Assembly (NCBI GenBank): GCA_030704615.1
Contig: CM060733.1
Coordinates: 10,168,001 to 10,232,000, forward strand
DNA from: Takakia lepidozioides
Taxonomy: Eukaryota; Plantae; Bryophyta
Length of the DNA: 64,000 nt
Direction of reading: 5' to 3'
Position numbers and translations under genes: made by a program. This document shows, piece by piece, positions 61,701 through 64,000 of the stretch. The number at the start of each line of letters is the position of its first letter. The first letter of the stretch is position 1. The notes beneath the pieces are model-generated. The model was not told the DNA's origin. It ran no database searches and saw only the letters and a list, made by a program, of their open reading frames with translations.

Positions 61701-64000
61701 TTGTAAATTTTTTGAGTAGCCAAAACAAGACAAGCACTGCAATTAATGAGAACAGCACACAATCCCTTCTTTCTTGCTCCATAGGAACTCACAGCCTACA
61801 CAAAGAGAACACAGCTCAAAGTTACCTTATGTCCAATGGAAACATCCGAGGAGCCACAAAGATGGCAAGACGAACAGGCAAAAACACCAGCATCACAATG
61901 AGGCTGCCATACACAACAACTGACAAAAGCACCCGGCGTGCATGCTTGTGGATCGGATCATCAATTAGATCCCGAAAGGGGTTGTAGTTTGGATCTGCAG
62001 GATCCCTTAGAAAATATAGAACTCCAGGTCGCAGCACCTGTAAAACAGCACCAACCAGACAACAGTCAAAAGACAAGCGCATAAGGTGCTGTGAGGGAAG
62101 AAAAATAGAAAAACCACTGGCCAACAGCAAAGCAGTCAGCATATGACAGCTGCAGTGAAACCATACTTAGTACGAAAGCACAATGCACACAAAGAATAGT
62201 ACAGATGTATAAACAGGTAGGGAGATAACCTCACGGAGGAGGCTCACGAAAATGCTGATTTGAAGCATGTACACAATTCCAACAAGCCAGTGGAGCAGGG
62301 AGCTAGTGAGAGGAGATGCCCACAGAAAGGCTACTCGCTGAGCTATGGTGACTTCCAGCATTCCCAGTGTGCAGACATCCAGCCACCACCCACACATGAG
62401 TGGGAAGAACCCTAGCTCAATCACCAGTAACAACGTCACTTTCACCATTGTTGCCATGTATTTCACACCAGCCACCACCTGCCTGGCCACTGATGGTGCA
62501 GCTTCAGCCATTGAAGTAACCCCATGAATTCGGCCGACGGTTATTGGCTCCCCCCGACTGTATCTAATAAGCGCTATGAGGCCCAGATAAAAACCCAGTG
62601 CAAGCAGGATAACCCCATAACCCACAGCCACTGTGGCGGTATCAGAAAACCTGAGGGCTGCTACCATAGCTTCAGTCACCACATCAATAGCACTTCCCAC
62701 CGGTACAGAGGCCACCCCTGTAAGGCCACTTCCAGCTAGTAGATTAAACAGGCTGCTATTGCTTTCCACCCTCTCATTCCCTGTGTAAAAAGAGGTGGGG
62801 TTAGGGTTCATGGCAGTTATTGGGGAGGTTGAACTAAGTTCTGCTGTGATATTTGTAAGAGCTGATGCTGCTATGGCACTTGCACTTCCAGTGGCAACCA
62901 CCAACCTTGACGCAATGGACAAAACTAGGCGACCGAGTGTGAATGGAACTAGGGCCACTAGGCCCAGAAATATCGCATTGCTAGCCAAAACCTGCAAGAG
63001 CCACAGTACATGCACTACAGTTCATCAGCAGAAGTGCCCATGGGATAGCATTGAACCATAGGTATAAAATGGAAATCCAGATCCAAACCAAAGCTCTTCC
63101 GCACTGTCTCCTGCCAGTTGTACTTCCTTGCAGCAACCCCAAAGGGTACAATATGCTGCATTGCTTGTCTCAGCTAAAACACTACTGAGACTATCCTGGG
63201 TACCCAGTAGAGATCCAGCTCTAATGCATGCAGACCATTCAAAAGGTTTCGATGGCAGGAAAAATAAATTATTAACTCACTAACCGTAATAGCGTTCTCA
63301 ACAAGGTGGAAGACTGGGCCTTGCATCCCCACAAGCTCATCAAAGGGTACATCTTCAGCACCATCAACATCTTCAACAGCGTCAAACATCTGTTCTACAT
63401 GAGCCTCCAGGCGCGCAGCTTGCATTTCCAACCGGGCAGCTACATTTTCCGCATTTCGTCTCAACAATTGGCCAGCTCCCGCTGCCAGCCCATGCGCAGG
63501 TGGCACAATTGCAACTTCGCCATTGGCTCCACCTCCCAGAGCTGGGACGCGTGGCACAGCCACTTGCCCATCTCCTGCAACCCCCCTGCCCCCAGCGACC
63601 ACCTGACCTAGGCGCCTACCAGCCATCCCACCTAGGCCCCTACCTACTCCTACCACTTCCAGCTGCCGGCCTCCATCCTGGGCACCTCCTATCTCCCGCA
63701 AATGCCGGAAGTACTCCCGTAGCGAAGTTGCACCCAAAAAGATGAAGACAATCCCAGCTGACAATAACAAGCCGTGTAAGCAGTCTGTGAGCAGGAGACT
63801 CAGTACACACCGACTAAGGAACAGGTGCTGGGCTTCAGCCAGGCTCCGCACAAATGTGAACCTCCATATCCAGAAAGTGATAAAGGGAATGACAAGAAGC
63901 CAGACAGACAGTACAAATGCTAGACGCACAAAAAAGCGTGCTCCCCTCCCAGCTTTCACTGCCATGCCCAGCACGAGCTCCTGAAATGAGAGCCTGGCAG
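58705..64000 (-). CDS. SUD1: SUD1/CER9/DOA10 (MARCHF6-like) membrane E3 ubiquitin ligase, 5' end outside the window
   Basis: Exons >64000-63285, 62991-62230, 62037-61826, 61650-61279, 61167-61010, 60796-60633, 60240-60094, 59882-59468, 58967-58705, all GT-AG. Motifs EDVPFDELVGMQGP, FPLMCGWWLDVC, LRPGVLYFLRDPADP, QDWALGL, IRDDRYLVGRRLHN. Confidence 0.95.

Overview
Repeat-rich land-plant genomic DNA, probably a non-seed plant (inferred from spliceosomal introns, PPR fragments, a COI1-family F-box/LRR gene and SUD1/DOA10). It has one 500-N gap at 10567-11066. The first ~48 kb is a nest of transposons: (i) a scrambled Ty3/Gypsy element with a DNMT3-like C5 cytosine methyltransferase between protease and RT; (ii) two copies of another Gypsy family with CACAGCC arrays, one retaining extra 3' ORFs; (iii) a long-TIR Mutator-like element (MULE, ~21173-48225) with a SWIM transposase, a Ulp1-like protease and dense AGTCYG motif arrays; (iv) nested in it, a ~9.9 kb MULE (37395-47288, 10-bp TSD, degenerate ends). 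Element (iv) carries a GCM-like/DDE/SWIM transposase head-to-head with a spliced gene ending in a beta-class N6A/N4C DNA methyltransferase-like domain, plus 13 copies of a 22-bp palindrome, six of them at an exact 42-bp period. It is the best candidate for an undescribed system (a self-marking or anti-silencing transposon), although this copy carries inactivating lesions and the function is inferred. The host genes at the right end are a divergent COI1-like receptor (50488-53093, +) and the 3' part of a SUD1/DOA10 E3 ligase (58705->64000, -), separated by small DNA elements and a LINE fragment. All family assignments come from motif recognition by eye, not database searches.
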